Of a stretch of DNA of 64,000 bases, positions 12,263 to 25,304 are shown piece by piece; position 1 is the first letter of the stretch; each line of letters begins with the position of its first letter. A program made the translations under genes and the position numbers. Under the pieces are notes generated by a model, which made no database searches, was not told where the DNA came from, and saw nothing but the letters and a program-made list of their open reading frames with translations. The stretch comes from Glaucostegus cemiculus (taxonomy: Eukaryota): positions 5,766,001-5,830,000 of the forward strand of contig CDPCPM010000233.1 of the NCBI GenBank assembly GCA_976551045.1, read 5' to 3'.

Positions 12263-13285
12263 TACAACTGGCTGGGTCTTTGATCACTCAGTAACATACC
12301 TCTCTGCAGTCAAAATCTCACAAAGGATTGGATCTTTAAAGTCACAATTATTAGTCCCGTATATTGATGGTAATTGTGCTACAGAATTCCTTGGTTAGTG
12401 TAAACTTTGAAGTTAATGGTCTGATTTGCTTATAGATATTTCTCAGGATGTTACACAAATTCCAAATAACATATGTCAGCTCTTGTACTCCTTAATAACT
12501 GGCTGCAAATTAAATCTCAATAAACTTCCGCTGAGAGTGTTGATCTTATAAATCTGTCACTATGAATCAAAGAGCATATCAATACCATTGTCAGATGTCA
12601 TTAGCGTTGAAATTACTTTGACCCTGAATTTGCTGCCAACAACGACAATGAGTTTGGTGGTGCTCAGCTTTATTTATGTGCACATTGCCCAGAATGTGGC
12701 AGAAAGAAGTTTCCCTGCATGGGATACCCCAAGTTGCTCAACACTTTGTGGTACTTTAAAGTTATCTTTACAAATACAGCAACTCATTTTTCATTGCTCC
12801 TTGAATTTCATGCATTTGCACATTAACTGCCAATTAAGCTGACCGCAGATTGTTCGAACTGTTACACCACAGCATCTGCTTACATCCTTACATTCTGCAG
12901 TATCTTCAGCTAGAAAGGAAATGTACTGAGTCACAACTCCCAGAGGGAAAAGACAACTTTTAAAATTGTATACTTCTGTTTCCATTTTAATACAATATTT
13001 CCTCTTTCTTTGTGTCACTTAGTGTGATAGATTTTGTCCACATTATCCTTTTCTGACTCTCTCAGTTCATGTTTATTCACAGAATGCAAATATTGCTGGC
13101 AAGACTAACTATCATTGTAAGCTCCTATTTGCTCTTGAGAAGATGGCAATGAGCCATTTATTTCAGCCTAGCTATTTAAACATGGAAGAAGACCTTCAGC
13201 CGATTGGTTCCATCAGTCCCATTCCCTGAGAGGTAGGTTTTTTTTACACATTAAAAAAAATTACCTCTGAGGGCACAAATATCAT

Positions 13286-14487
13286 TGTCAATACCAGAGG
13301 ACTGGAGGATGGCAAAAGTTGTTCCCTTGTTCAAGAAAGGTAATAGGGATAATCCTGGGAATTACAGACCAGTGAGTCTTACATCAGTGGTGGGCAAGCT
13401 ATTGGAGAGGATTCTTATGGACAGGATTTACGAGCATTTGGAGAAGTGTAGTCTTATTAGGAATAGTCAGCTTGGCTTTGCAAGGGACAGGTCATGCCTC
13501 ATGAGGCTAATTGCGTTTTTTAATTATGTATGTCGACTTTAGTAAGGCATTTGACAAGGTTCTCCATGTTAGGCTTATCCAGAAAGTCATTAGGCATGGG
13601 ATCCATGGAGACTTGGCTGCATGGATTCAAAATTGGCTTGCACATAGAAGGCAGAGTGTGGTAGTAGATGAAGAGTATTCTGCCTGGAGGTTGGTGATTA
13701 GTGGTGTTCCACAGGGATCTGTTCTGTGATCCCTGCTCTTTGTGATTCTTATGAATGACTTGTATGAGGAAATGGAGGGATGGGTTAGTAAGTTTGCAGA
13801 TGGCACAAAGTTTGGAGGGGTTATGGACAGTGTATAAGGTTGTCATAGGTTACAAAGGAATACAGGCAGGATGCAGATTTGGGCGGAGAAGTGGCAGAGG
13901 AAGTTCAATCCAGAAAAGTGTGAAGTGATATGCTTTGGAAGAACGAACTTGAAGGTGGAGTACAAGGTTAATGGCAGGATTCTGAGCAGTCTGAAGGAAC
14001 AGAGGGATCTTGGGGTCAAAGTACATAGAACCTTCAAAATTGCCACACAAGTTGATAGGGTGGTTAAGAAGGCATATGGTGTTCTAGCCTTCATTAGTTG
14101 GGTGACTGAGTTCAAGAGCCGCGAGGTAATGTTGCACCTCTATAAAACTCTGGTTCAACCACACTTGGATGTTGCATGGATCAGAGAACATGTCTTAAGA
14201 GGAAAGGTTGAATGAGCTATGGCTTTTCTCTTTTGAGCAATGCAGGATGAGAGGCAACTTGATAGAGGTGTATAATATTATGAGGGGCATAGACGGAGCA
14301 GATATCCAGCACCTTTTCCCCAAGGTGGCAATGGCCATTACCAGGGGACATCAGTTTAAGGTCAGAGGAGGAATATTTAAGGGTGATGTCAGAGGTAGGT
14401 TTTTTTACACAGAGAGTAGTGAGTGCCTGGAATGTACTGCTGGAGGTGGCGGTAGAGTCTGATACAATAGGGAGGTTTAAAAGACTC
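13286..14487 (+). mobile_element. CR1-type LINE RT fragment lacking its tail
   Basis: PEDWRMAKVVPLFKKG, NYRPVSLTSVVGK, DFSKAFDKV, GVPQGSVL across frameshifted ORFs. Confidence 0.92.
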
Positions 14488-14544
14488 TTAGGTTGTCACA
14501 TCATGTGACAACCTAAAAACAGGGGGACATTATGTTGTCCCCCT

Positions 14545-15000
14545 GGACGGCATCTCCAGCATTGATGACCTAATTACAAACGTTCATGTTGGCAGGCTAC
14601 ATTGTCTTCATGCCCAACCACGGGCTCACTCAACAGGCACTTTGTTCTGAGATCTGTCACAGGAAGGTCTTACCATTTGGACAGAGGAAAATGTCAAGGA
14701 AACGCCTACTTGAAGAAGTGCAACATATGCCCTAATTCTAGGAATCTCATTATTCAACATCTTGGATGATATTGAGAATCTTAAGTTTTCACATTGGGAA
14801 CACCCAGTAGTTCTGTGTATGTGGTGGGAAGAGTGCACCACCTCATAATCTAGCCACTCACCCATTCTATCTGGCACTTCCTATCCCACCCGTGGAAGAC
14901 TCTGCGGTTCCCACCTTGGTCTCATTGGTCACCTCACAACCTACATAAACGGAATGGAAGCGGGTCATCCTCAATCCCAAAGGGATGCTGAAGAAGGAGA
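14545..15000 (+). mobile_element. RTE-clade LINE 3' fragment, decayed
   Basis: Resembles RTE C-terminal region (catgttggcaggctacattgtc, ggtctcattggtcacctc) with a short gaagaag tail; no ORF. Confidence 0.45.
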
Positions 15001-15847
15001 AGAATTGTTTATATTGGATTTGCTCTGAATTGGTATTGGAACAGATCTGGTTTTAAAGGATAAATTTTCAGCATAGCAACTGGGATATTGTTTACATCTG
15101 TGGTCTTAGCTTTATCCATTGCACTCAGTTATTTCTTAGCAACCATTAGAGTGAAATGATTTGGCTGAAGACTGGTTTCTGTGTTGAGTGGCACTTCAGG
15201 AGGCCAAAAGAATCATCTTATGGTTGCAAACACTTGATGATTATCTTTTGTTGTCAAGTGTTGCCATCCATTTAAGATAAGATATCGTTATTAGTCACAT
15301 GTATATCAAAACACAGTGAAATAATGAACAAATGTAGCTAGTTTTGAACCAATTATCAATGGATCATTTTGCTCTGTACGTAGCATACTGCTTCCACTGT
15401 GTAGCATGCATCTAGTTCCGTAATGTAGTTTCATTGGTTTGGCTCCTCATTCTTATGTACTCTTGATATTGATTCCCTAGTCAGATTTGGCCACCAAACT
15501 AGATAGTTGTGAGAATGCGAGGGATACACAAGGCCGTGACTTAAGTAGATCCAAGTATCTCCCCAATCTTTAAATCTTGTGGCTAAGGAGACAAACTCTT
15601 GGTTTTAAGATCCCAGATGCACCACTTTCATCTCAAGAATGTCAGCTCACAATTCCACCATGATACAGTCAAAATTCTTTGAACTGAAAAGTGCAGGAAT
15701 TAAGTCCAAATTACTGGACAAACTGTGAAGTGCCCTTTTCCAGGAAAATCAAGGCTTTTAGCTTTCCAACACTAAAGTCCATTATACTGGTGCTGCTTAA
15801 GCAAGCTGAGGTATCTAAGTTGTGCAACAGTTCAGCATATTTCTGGG

Positions 15848-15972
15848 TGGAGGGTCTCGACCTAAAAAGTTGACTATCCATTTACCTCCGCAGATGCTGC
15901 CTAGCCCGCTGAGTTCCTCCAGCATTTTATTAGTTGCACCAGGTTCCAGAATCTGCAGTCTCTTGTGTCCCC
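15848..15972 (+). repeat. Penelope pLTR-derived repeat
   Basis: agggtctcgacctaaaaagttgac...cagatgctgcctagcccgctgagttcctccagca...ccagaatctgcagtctcttgtgtc. Confidence 0.7.
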
Positions 15973-16621
15973 AGTTCAGTACATATGGTATAGAGTATAT
16001 TACTGAGTCAAAACCTGTAGCCAGACTGCTTCTGAGAGGTAGTTCACTACCTTATGCTTCTGTGTGCCTCTCTCTATAAAAATGAGAATCATGATGTTGT
16101 ACGTACTACTAACAAAAGGAAGATGGTTGAACATGAAAAGAAATAAGTCAGTTCCAAGCATTTGCTACAAATATTTTCCATATTTCTAACCTGAAGCATT
16201 TGTGAAATATTTGGTCAATATTAGAGTTTCCATTCTACTAATCACAATTGTGGAAAAAGATCCTGAATCAAAGCTGAAGGTGTGTAATTCACCCTCAGCT
16301 GCAGCTGCCAAGGCCCATGGTCAAGCCCCAGAGTTTAATACAGGCATCTCTAAACCAATCATACATTATATAAAGAAGAGAATGGAATACAATGGCTGAA
16401 TATTAATGAGGTAGATTACGTGCCTCAATTCACACGAACACGAGCTGTTCCTGATCCAGTTTTATTTGGCTTTCTTAAAATAAAAAAAGCTGCAGGTGAT
16501 AGAAATATGAAATGAAAACAGAACTTTCTATTTTACTTGGATATCTTCCTTATTTTCAATATTTGCAGAAATGTACAAAAGAAAATTGTGCTTGTTAACC
16601 TATGCTCTTACAGAAATGAAA

Positions 16622-16935
16622 TAATAAGACAAGATAAGAGACCTTTATTAGTCACATGTGCATCACACAGTGAAATACATCTTTTGCATAGAGTGTTCTG
16701 GGGGCAGCCTGCAAGTGTCGCCATGCTTCCAGTGCCAACATAGCATGCCCACAACTTCCTAACCCGTACGTCTTTGGAATGTGGGAGAAAGCTGGGGCAC
16801 CCGGAGGAAACCCACGTAGATATGAGGAGAACGTACAAACACCTTACAGACAGTGGCCAAAACTAAACCCAGTCACTGGCACTGTAATAGCATTACACTA
16901 ACTGCTACACTAACGTGCCTGCCCTCTACACTACC
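16622..16935 (-). mobile_element. V-SINE with Rex1-like 3' tail
   Basis: Minus strand core gtgggtttcctccgggtgccccagctttctcccacattccaaagacgtac; tail tttcactgtgtgatgcacatgtgactaataaa plus (TCTTA)-like repeats. Confidence 0.75.
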
Positions 16936-19900
16936 GTTCCTGTCCTCTATACTACTGTACTGTGATTTTGACACATTTGAGCAAACACTTCAGTCTAAAA
17001 ATTACTTTAATTTATCTACTTCATGGTTCTTGTAAACATTACAGTTGCATTGAAAAAAATGACATTTCCTGTATGTATATCAGTTTAAAAGGTTTTTTAC
17101 ATGTGTATTGCTTTCAGGTGTATTGGAACAAGAATGATGGTAAGAAAGTGAATACTTTGAAACTGACAAACAACAATGGTCTTGATCTTGGCGAGAATAA
17201 AAAGAAGCTTAATATTATTACTGACATGACTGCATTTGCTGGAAGAATATGCAATAACTTGATATTATAATGGAAGTACAATATCTCATGTTATTGCTTT
17301 TTATATTTGAATTGTGTCATCTGACTAAAATAAACTTGTGATAAGTCAGTCAGACATAAAGGTACAGGATATAGAAAATGTTTCAAAAACATGTTGATAT
17401 AGGCCAGAACCAACAGAAGCTCTGTTTAGAATCCAAAGGTTTTTTGGATCATCTTTCTTTTTTTCCTTTGGTTTAATGGGAAATACCAAGCTGACTTAGT
17501 GTACAGTTGTTTTTCTTTGTATTATTCGATTTTTCCACTGAATGATGCTTATTATTTAGGAATTTAAAGAACTCATAACTACTAGGACATGCTTAATACA
17601 TGCAGCATGATGAATCCAAACATTGACTACAATAATTTATTACACTCAAGAATTTCAGCCTAATTCGAATTATGGATTCATTATAAGGATCAGTTTCCTG
17701 GTTTATGGTTCAGGAGAATGTTTAGAACAAAAAGGGAATTAAATTGTGGGATAGAATTAGGAGCAAAACTGAGGAAATATACAGATGAAAAACACAATCT
17801 AGCCTAACCCCAAATATACATAACTAAGAAAGAATGAAGATCTGACAATACTTTGTTTGAAGTAGGTAAGTACAACCAAAAGGTTTGGATAAGATCTGAT
17901 TATTCACCGCAAATTAACTGTTTCATAAGGTTGTTGAGAAAGGGAAGACTTTTTATGATGTCTAGGTTAAAGTAAAATATGATGGATATTGTCAGGAATA
18001 ATACATTTTCTAATGACAATAGTTCTAGAATTGTTAAAAGTAGAGTTAATTTTATGAAAAATTATACATGAAGTAACATGAGCATAGTTAAGGACAGCCA
18101 GGAAAATATTAACTATGATATTATCCAATCCCATGGGGAAAATATGGAAAGCAGGCAATTATTTTAACAATAATTTCAACATGCAAATTATAATACCATT
18201 ATAATTGATTGCTCATCTTATGTGCAATTATGCAAATGATTTAACCTTGACAGTGACCTTTCAAAGCTATTATGTGCCATTACACAAAGTTTTTATTAAA
18301 GTTCACCATGTCTGTTTTACTTTTCAATTAAAATGGCAATTTCATATTCAAAATATGTGCCCTTAACACAGTAATGTATCCTTTGCCTAGTTGAGAATTG
18401 CTAACTGATTTGATCCCAGCTGTCAAATCATGATTGATAAATTAATCTTACAAGTGGAACACCCATCATTACTGTAACCTCCTGTATACAGCAGAGCTTG
18501 TGATTTAAAGAAAGCCCCACCAATGTAGATCTGTAATATTTTGTGCAAAATTTGGAAAGTGGCAGGCCATCTGGTCGTAAATCCTATAGGAAAATTTTGA
18601 TAGACGGTGAAGTAATTTCTCTGGGATGAACTGGCTGCCAAAGCTGTGAACTAGTTTGAATACTGGTGGCTGCCATTCACAAACACCCAAAAGCATTCAA
18701 AAAGTAATAAAAAATAAGCAAAATATTAGTATTCTTTAAATGTTTGAACAATTTAAAAATGAAAGCACTTGATAATAATTTAAGTGAATTTAACTTAACA
18801 AAATTAAATTTTCAAAAATATTAATTATACAAATCTTACTTTTCTCCCTTTCAACTATTGCTCTCCATTGAAATGAGTGGAATCACTGAAACAATGAAAG
18901 GCCTAATGTGGCACAGGTTCACAGGCAAATTTGCGAGTATAACCACTGGGAAACTTTAGGGAATTACTGCTCTACTGCTGGACTCTGTTGCCATAATCAG
19001 CAAGTCCCGAATCACTGATAGTTACTAAGAAAAATGCAACCAGTTACATGGGGAACTTACAGCATTTCTCAAGAAAATCTGGTCCAATATTTACAAAATC
19101 TTTCTCAAGAGAATGAAAAGCCTGCAAATCAATACAATTAATGGAAATTCTCAGTGGGGAACAATTCAATTTTGTGAGTGGTACTAGTTTTCAGACCAAT
19201 GTTTCTTCAACTAGAACAATAGATCACAGTAACTCAGTTTGTACTAAACTTGAGCTTGAAATTCCTCAAGCATTTGCACTGAGTTCACTGATGTTGGAAA
19301 TTGCAATGAGAAGACCAACAACAGCTGGCAGAAACTACAGGTCTTTCCATGCAGACCCCTTCTGGTGTGTTCCTTGTGGGTGGGAGGTATCTGACAGGAG
19401 CGCAAAGGCTTGTTGTATCAAATAAATGAACAGAGAGTAATAAACATAGAGAGGCAGTGGAGTTAAATGGCTCAGAATTATGTAATAACTTGGACAAAAT
19501 AAGTAAGCAGCCAAGATAATGGCAGAAGAAATTTATTGCTGTAAAATTTATGTGTATAAGAAAACAAACTAAGTGTGTACTTCACGAATGGTGTTAGAAC
19601 TTATATGGAGCTTCTTAATAAATTTGGCAATGAACATGTCTAACTAATGCCAATAACAAACAACAAAGCCATCTATGAAAGTAAAACAACAGAATGTTCA
19701 ATCATTGGAGGCATTAATTATTCACTGTGGTGCTTCAGTCAGTTTGCATCTAGAATTTGGTATTCGGCTTTTGTATTAAATGAGAGAATGGAATTGAAAT
19801 TTGTGTTTGATCTGCCAAAGATGGGTTATCCACCCACACCCCAATTTATCATACAAACTGGTGAATTATTCCTTAAAATACTCAACTCGTTTCTTGAATG

Positions 19901-21192
19901 AAGTTGGGGATCTGTTATAGAAACCAAAGCCATTTTATTCATGGACATTAACATATGTACTATTAGAATGGCTTGGTTTAATAGACACGGTGTGTCAAAG
20001 GGACTGTTCCTCTGCTGTACTGTTCTGTGTTCTATAAATATTACATTTGCTATCATATCATGAGAAAGCTGTTAGAATATAAATTTTAAATCAGAATTTG
20101 ATGTAGAAAAAAGAGTAGCAAATAGATTACAAGCTCATACACTTTTAAATTTGAATTTAGTGGAAAGATCCTGAATACATGATTCAAGTAAGTAATGTTT
20201 TGAGAGTTTTCATTTCAGTTGAAGCATCTAAAACATTACAGACACATAGTAAAGAGAGCTTCAGGTGACTAATTTTGATTTAAGTTGTTTATTTCCTTTG
20301 CCTCCTTAGTATGAATATTAAGATGTTTGCTTTAAAATCTAATCCATACTGCTTACTTGCTTTGAAAAATCATCTTGTTGTAGTGATGCAAGCAGAAATG
20401 TAAACTAAATAGACTTGTCAGTGTGCTTGGGTTAGTGCCGAGCTGATATGAAACCTTTAATTTTTTTATTATGTATGAAAAATATCAATTCAGTGATTTT
20501 AAAAATTGATGGAAAAATGTATCTTTGCTGACAAAGTAGAGAGTGTGAGAACAAGTTAGCTTATCTAAGTGACAAATCACTTGGCAACTGTTAAAATATT
20601 TTCCATAGTTTAAATTTAATCTAGAACTGTTTCTTTAAACAAAATGTGAGAGGGGAAACCACATTTGTTGGGGATGGTACCAAAACAAATCTATAACTAT
20701 GTCTTCTTTCGATATAGAGTAATAGATTTGGTCTGGGGAAGTAAATAACATATCTAAAAGGGATTTTTGTTTAATTTAGGCATGTTAGCAGTAACACCTA
20801 TTTAAATATCATGTTCACAAAGACAATTGGAAATTGCAATCAGTTTGTTTTAATCAAAAATATGCGAGGCGGACACAACACATTATGCCTAATAATCTGA
20901 TCATAATTTCATACCTCAATGCTTTTTTATGTGTTCATGTAAAATCTTTGGTTTCTTGGTTTCGACAGTTGTAATTTAAGATATTGTTTGTTTCACCATT
21001 TATTTAATTTCAAAGTGCAGGAACCAATGGGTATTCCCACAGTTACATATATGCTAGATGTAATTATGCCTTCACTTTAAATTTTTGTTACAGTAAAGGC
21101 GATTTTGCTGAACACCTACACAGTGTGACTCAAACATTTATGAACATTTTTTTTTCCTTAACCTCTTTTTTTCCCCACCCTCCCTTCCCTTT

Positions 21193-21259
21193 GGAGCAGA
21201 CTCGATGGGCCGACTGGCCTGCTTCTGCTCCATTATCTTGTGATCTTGTGATCTTGTGA
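21193..21259 (+). mobile_element. Very short CR1-type 3' terminus
   Basis: ggagcagactcgatgggccgactggcctgcttctgctcc followed by (CTTGTGAT)x3. Confidence 0.75.
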
Positions 21260-23261
21260 AAAATTAAGTTTGTGTTGTTATAAATCATACACACCTCATT
21301 GTTCTTATGCTAGTGAAGCGTTTGTTCTGTAACAACAACCAAACTAAATATTTGGTTCAAGAAGTTGCTGCAACAGTTTTCCGGTGCATCAAGTCTATAC
21401 ATTGATGCAAAAATATGACTAGATTAATAAACTGCTGGATTTAAAATATATATATATTGCAAGAAAATCCAGCTCAATTCTCTTATTCAATTTTAATATA
21501 TTTGTAACAATTTAGGAATGCATCAGATGACATTGGATTGTAATGCACTGCTTGAATACATAATGTAAAAAGGTTCATTGGCTAAAAAAATTAATGACTC
21601 CAACAAAAGAGCAAAAGAGTGGAACCAAGTCAATTGGTTTTACTTCAGAGACTAGAGCATAAAAATCTAAGGACACTGCCTTGTAGCATTGAGGAAGACA
21701 GCAAAGTCTAAAATATTTGCATTTGCCAAAAAGTTTTAATTATTTAAAAGTGATTTTAAGTGCTTAAGTGATTCTTGAAAAAACATGTTAAATAATTAAA
21801 AGGTATTAATTGCTTATATCACTTTAATTGATTTTGAATGCATCTAAATGTCAGGAAGATTCAAATGCATTCTGAAAATTTGATAGGAATGCTGGGCCCA
21901 TGGTTTTGCTGTCCATCAAAGGAAAAATAAATGGCAACACAAAGTAAAACATACAATGTATACAAATATACAAACCAAAGCACTGCATATTGCACAGAAA
22001 AGGCCGAGACCTCTCTTGTGCATTTCCTCAGTATCTGTATTCCACATGCCCTTGCCTGTTCTAGCTTATCTATGTGAGTGAATGCTGACTTCTAGGAGAG
22101 CTCTTTGACAAAGAGCTGAGCCAAAAAAGCTCAAGTCTAGATTGCACCACCTCAGCAAATGTGATAGCAGTCTGTAATGGCTGGCTATGGGGAAATGAAA
22201 ACAGAATACTGTCATTCTCAAAAAGAACAGCAAATTTGTGCTCCTTAGTGTCAGTGACACCAACCCAGAGACACAGCGGGAATGCCAGTAATCTATTGGA
22301 GGAAGGATTGCCCGACTGCTGTGACAGCCTGAAACATCTGTTGACAATGGTGTCTTCAGCCAAGATGTGTGGCATTCTGTGCTTCTGTGCAAGACCCAAA
22401 TATTGTGCTGCTTTAGAACTTGAGTCATTGAATAATGCTTTGTTTCACAAGCATGTTAGTGGAGATTGCCAACACTTCTATGCTGGAGCAATTACTGAGG
22501 CCAGTGATGCACTTGCTTAGCAAATGCCAAGCAATTCATTTGTATGATTTCTTTTCCATCTTTTTGTAATTGAAAAGTGTTCCTTTTTTCCTGAGAATAA
22601 ACACTGCCAGGTGGTTCTACATCATTCCTGAGATTCATCCCCTCTAGAAACTTAGAATTATTATGGCACAGAAACAACCACTTGGATCATGGATCTCTTG
22701 CCAACTCTTTGTGGAATAATCCAATTGGTTCCATTCCCTGATATTTTTCCCGTAGTCCTGCAAATTATTTTCTTTCAGGTGTCTGTGCCATTCCATTTGG
22801 AAAGCAATGCCTGATTCTGTTCCTTCCATGCTTACACTCACTGAGTTTCAAATCATATTCACTCTGCATTTTAAAAAAATCTTCCATTGCTCTCTATCAT
22901 TTGATGAGATATAGTATTTAAAGATGCATGTACTCAACAATACTTGTAAGGTTATTGAATGTGTAGCATTATTTCCAGGTCTTTGGAGCTTGACAACTCA
23001 TTCACCTTCCAATCTGCTGGCTTTGCAGAGTTTGTCTGAAGGGTCTACTCATCTCTCGGAATAGTTCATTGCCTCTTCCTCTCTTTTCCCTCCAGTGCCA
23101 CTTCAGAAAACAATTGCATCTTATCTCTCCTGTGTGGTGCCATTGCTCACAGGTTCCTGGGTCACCTATCTGTCATAGGATACCTCCAAACCTGCTGCAG
23201 TCACAGTGAACTTCTATATGAGGTGCAAACTGATTTTCGATATTACAGGGTAGTGTATGTG

Positions 23262-23390
23262 GTGACACAAGAGGCTGCAGGTGTTGTAATCTGGAGCAAA
23301 AAACAAACTTTTGGAGGAACTCATTGGGTCAGACAGCATCTGTAAGGGCAAAGGATAGTTGATATTTTGGATTGAGACCCTACATCACAG
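23262..23390 (-). repeat. Penelope pLTR-derived repeat
   Basis: gacacaagaggctgcag...ggaggaactcattgggtcagacagcatctg...gagaccctacatcac; reverse complement of the 15848 copy. Confidence 0.65.
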
Positions 23391-24370
23391 TGAAGCAATA
23401 AAATAGAGACACAAGAAACTGCAATTGCTATGTGCTTGCTGTCCTGATCAACTCAGTTTGTTCTGGCTGTACATTTTAATCATGCAAACCTCTGCCTGCA
23501 TTGGAAGGGATAAAAGCAGGTTAGTTGCAGACTCACAAACTTTATCCTACATTGAGCCTAACCATCTGCCCAACCACTATTTGAACTGGAACAGTCTGTT
23601 CACACATCACCGTCCAGTTCGATTCCTAGCTATGCCTTTGACCCCATTTCATTTCCAGCATAAAACCACCTTCATACACCTCTTGTATTATTCCATGTTT
23701 TTGCTTTTGATTTTGTGTATTCATTGATGCAAATATTTTTCTTTTTTCAGGTCACTTAAGATTATTTATTCCTAAGATTCTTTAGTTCATATCCCATCCT
23801 TCACTCCCCATGAACCAAAGATCGCTGATGTCTCTGCCTCCTGCATTCTGTTTGCATTGAGTCTAGCATCTCCATCCTTCACTCACTCCTGAGCGGTGTG
23901 GTTCCATCTTTCCAGCTCCTAAACTAAACTTCCCTGCCTCTCTCACTCTATCAGAAAAAGGAGAAGCAGTTTTTAGTTTATTCATCTAATATGTTCTACT
24001 TTCTATTAGTGTCAACTCTTGTCTGATCTGGAACTTATTTGCATCCAATTCTCCAATCTGCCCATCAATTACTCCCTATCCTTTTCCAACCAAGGCTTCA
24101 GAACAAGTAGACAGTAAAACCAAAAAAAAATTCCTAATACGGTCACCATGCTTTTAGATTAATGTATTATTACTAAATTACTAAATTTAAACTAAAAATG
24201 CATTACATTTAATTCATTTTTGACTGCATAGTCAGACAAAATTAGCAATTTGAAACACAATATTTATATTCAAAAGGAAATTTATGCTTTTCCAGTCCAT
24301 CTATGATGCTTCTAGAATGCTTGCTTTCTTCCAGTGAAATCTTATCATTGCAATGTGGGCACAGATTTTC

Positions 24371-24640
24371 ACATAGAACATAAAACAGTACAACGCAGGA
24401 AAAGGCCCTTTGCGCCGAACTAATTATGCTAGTAATTAAAAGCCTTATAAACTAGTCACTTCTGCCTTCACAAGTCCATATCCCTCCATTCTCTGCATAT
24501 TCATGTGCCTATCTAAGAGCCTCTTAAACACTTCTATCATATTTGCCTCCACTGCGACCCCAGCAGCACCTTCCAGGCACCCACACATCTCCTTTGAACT
24601 TAATCACTCTCACCTTAAGTGCATGTCTTCTAGTATTACA
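24371..24640 (-). mobile_element. CR1 3' fragment
   Basis: acatagaacat tail, aggccctttgcgccgaactaa; similar to 39860-40200. Confidence 0.75.
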
Positions 24641-25304
24641 TGGATGTCAACTAATGAGAGCTTCAAAAGAATTGTTATTACAAGACTGAAGCTGAAAGGA
24701 ATCAAAAATATTTAGCATTTAATGGCATTTGCGTTGTTAAAACTATGAAAAGTAATAGGTATTTATTCCTGCAGAACTGATTTGTAATGTTCCCAGTATA
24801 CATTGGCTGCATTTTAAAGTGAATCAGTAGCAATTGTGCACAAACAATTCTGACTACACTCTGCTTGTTTCCAAATATAACTTTCCTATTTGCAATTCCT
24901 GTCCTTTAACTTGATAAATATGAACACTGTTAACATGTAAATGGCTTAATTATGATGGAACTGTATCACAGGAAATCTGCAGCAGGGCAATGTTGTGGCA
25001 TTGGAATAACAATGTGGCTGCTATTATTTTTGTATTATTTTTGAATGTTTAGAAGCAATGTTGAACATTTGAAAACAAAATGAGAGGGAGGGAGAGGTCA
25101 GCTAACACATCAAATCTATCCCAACTTCAGAAAATCATTCCCATCATTTTCCCAGGGGCATGTAATCTCCTGTAAGACAGAGAAAGAAGAATATTCAAGG
25201 TTAGAGGAAAACATATCTGGAAAAATTCTCTCTGTTACCCCTCAGACACATTGACCCAATATATGTTCATGGTGAATTCACTATCCTTTTATACGATACC
25301 AGCT

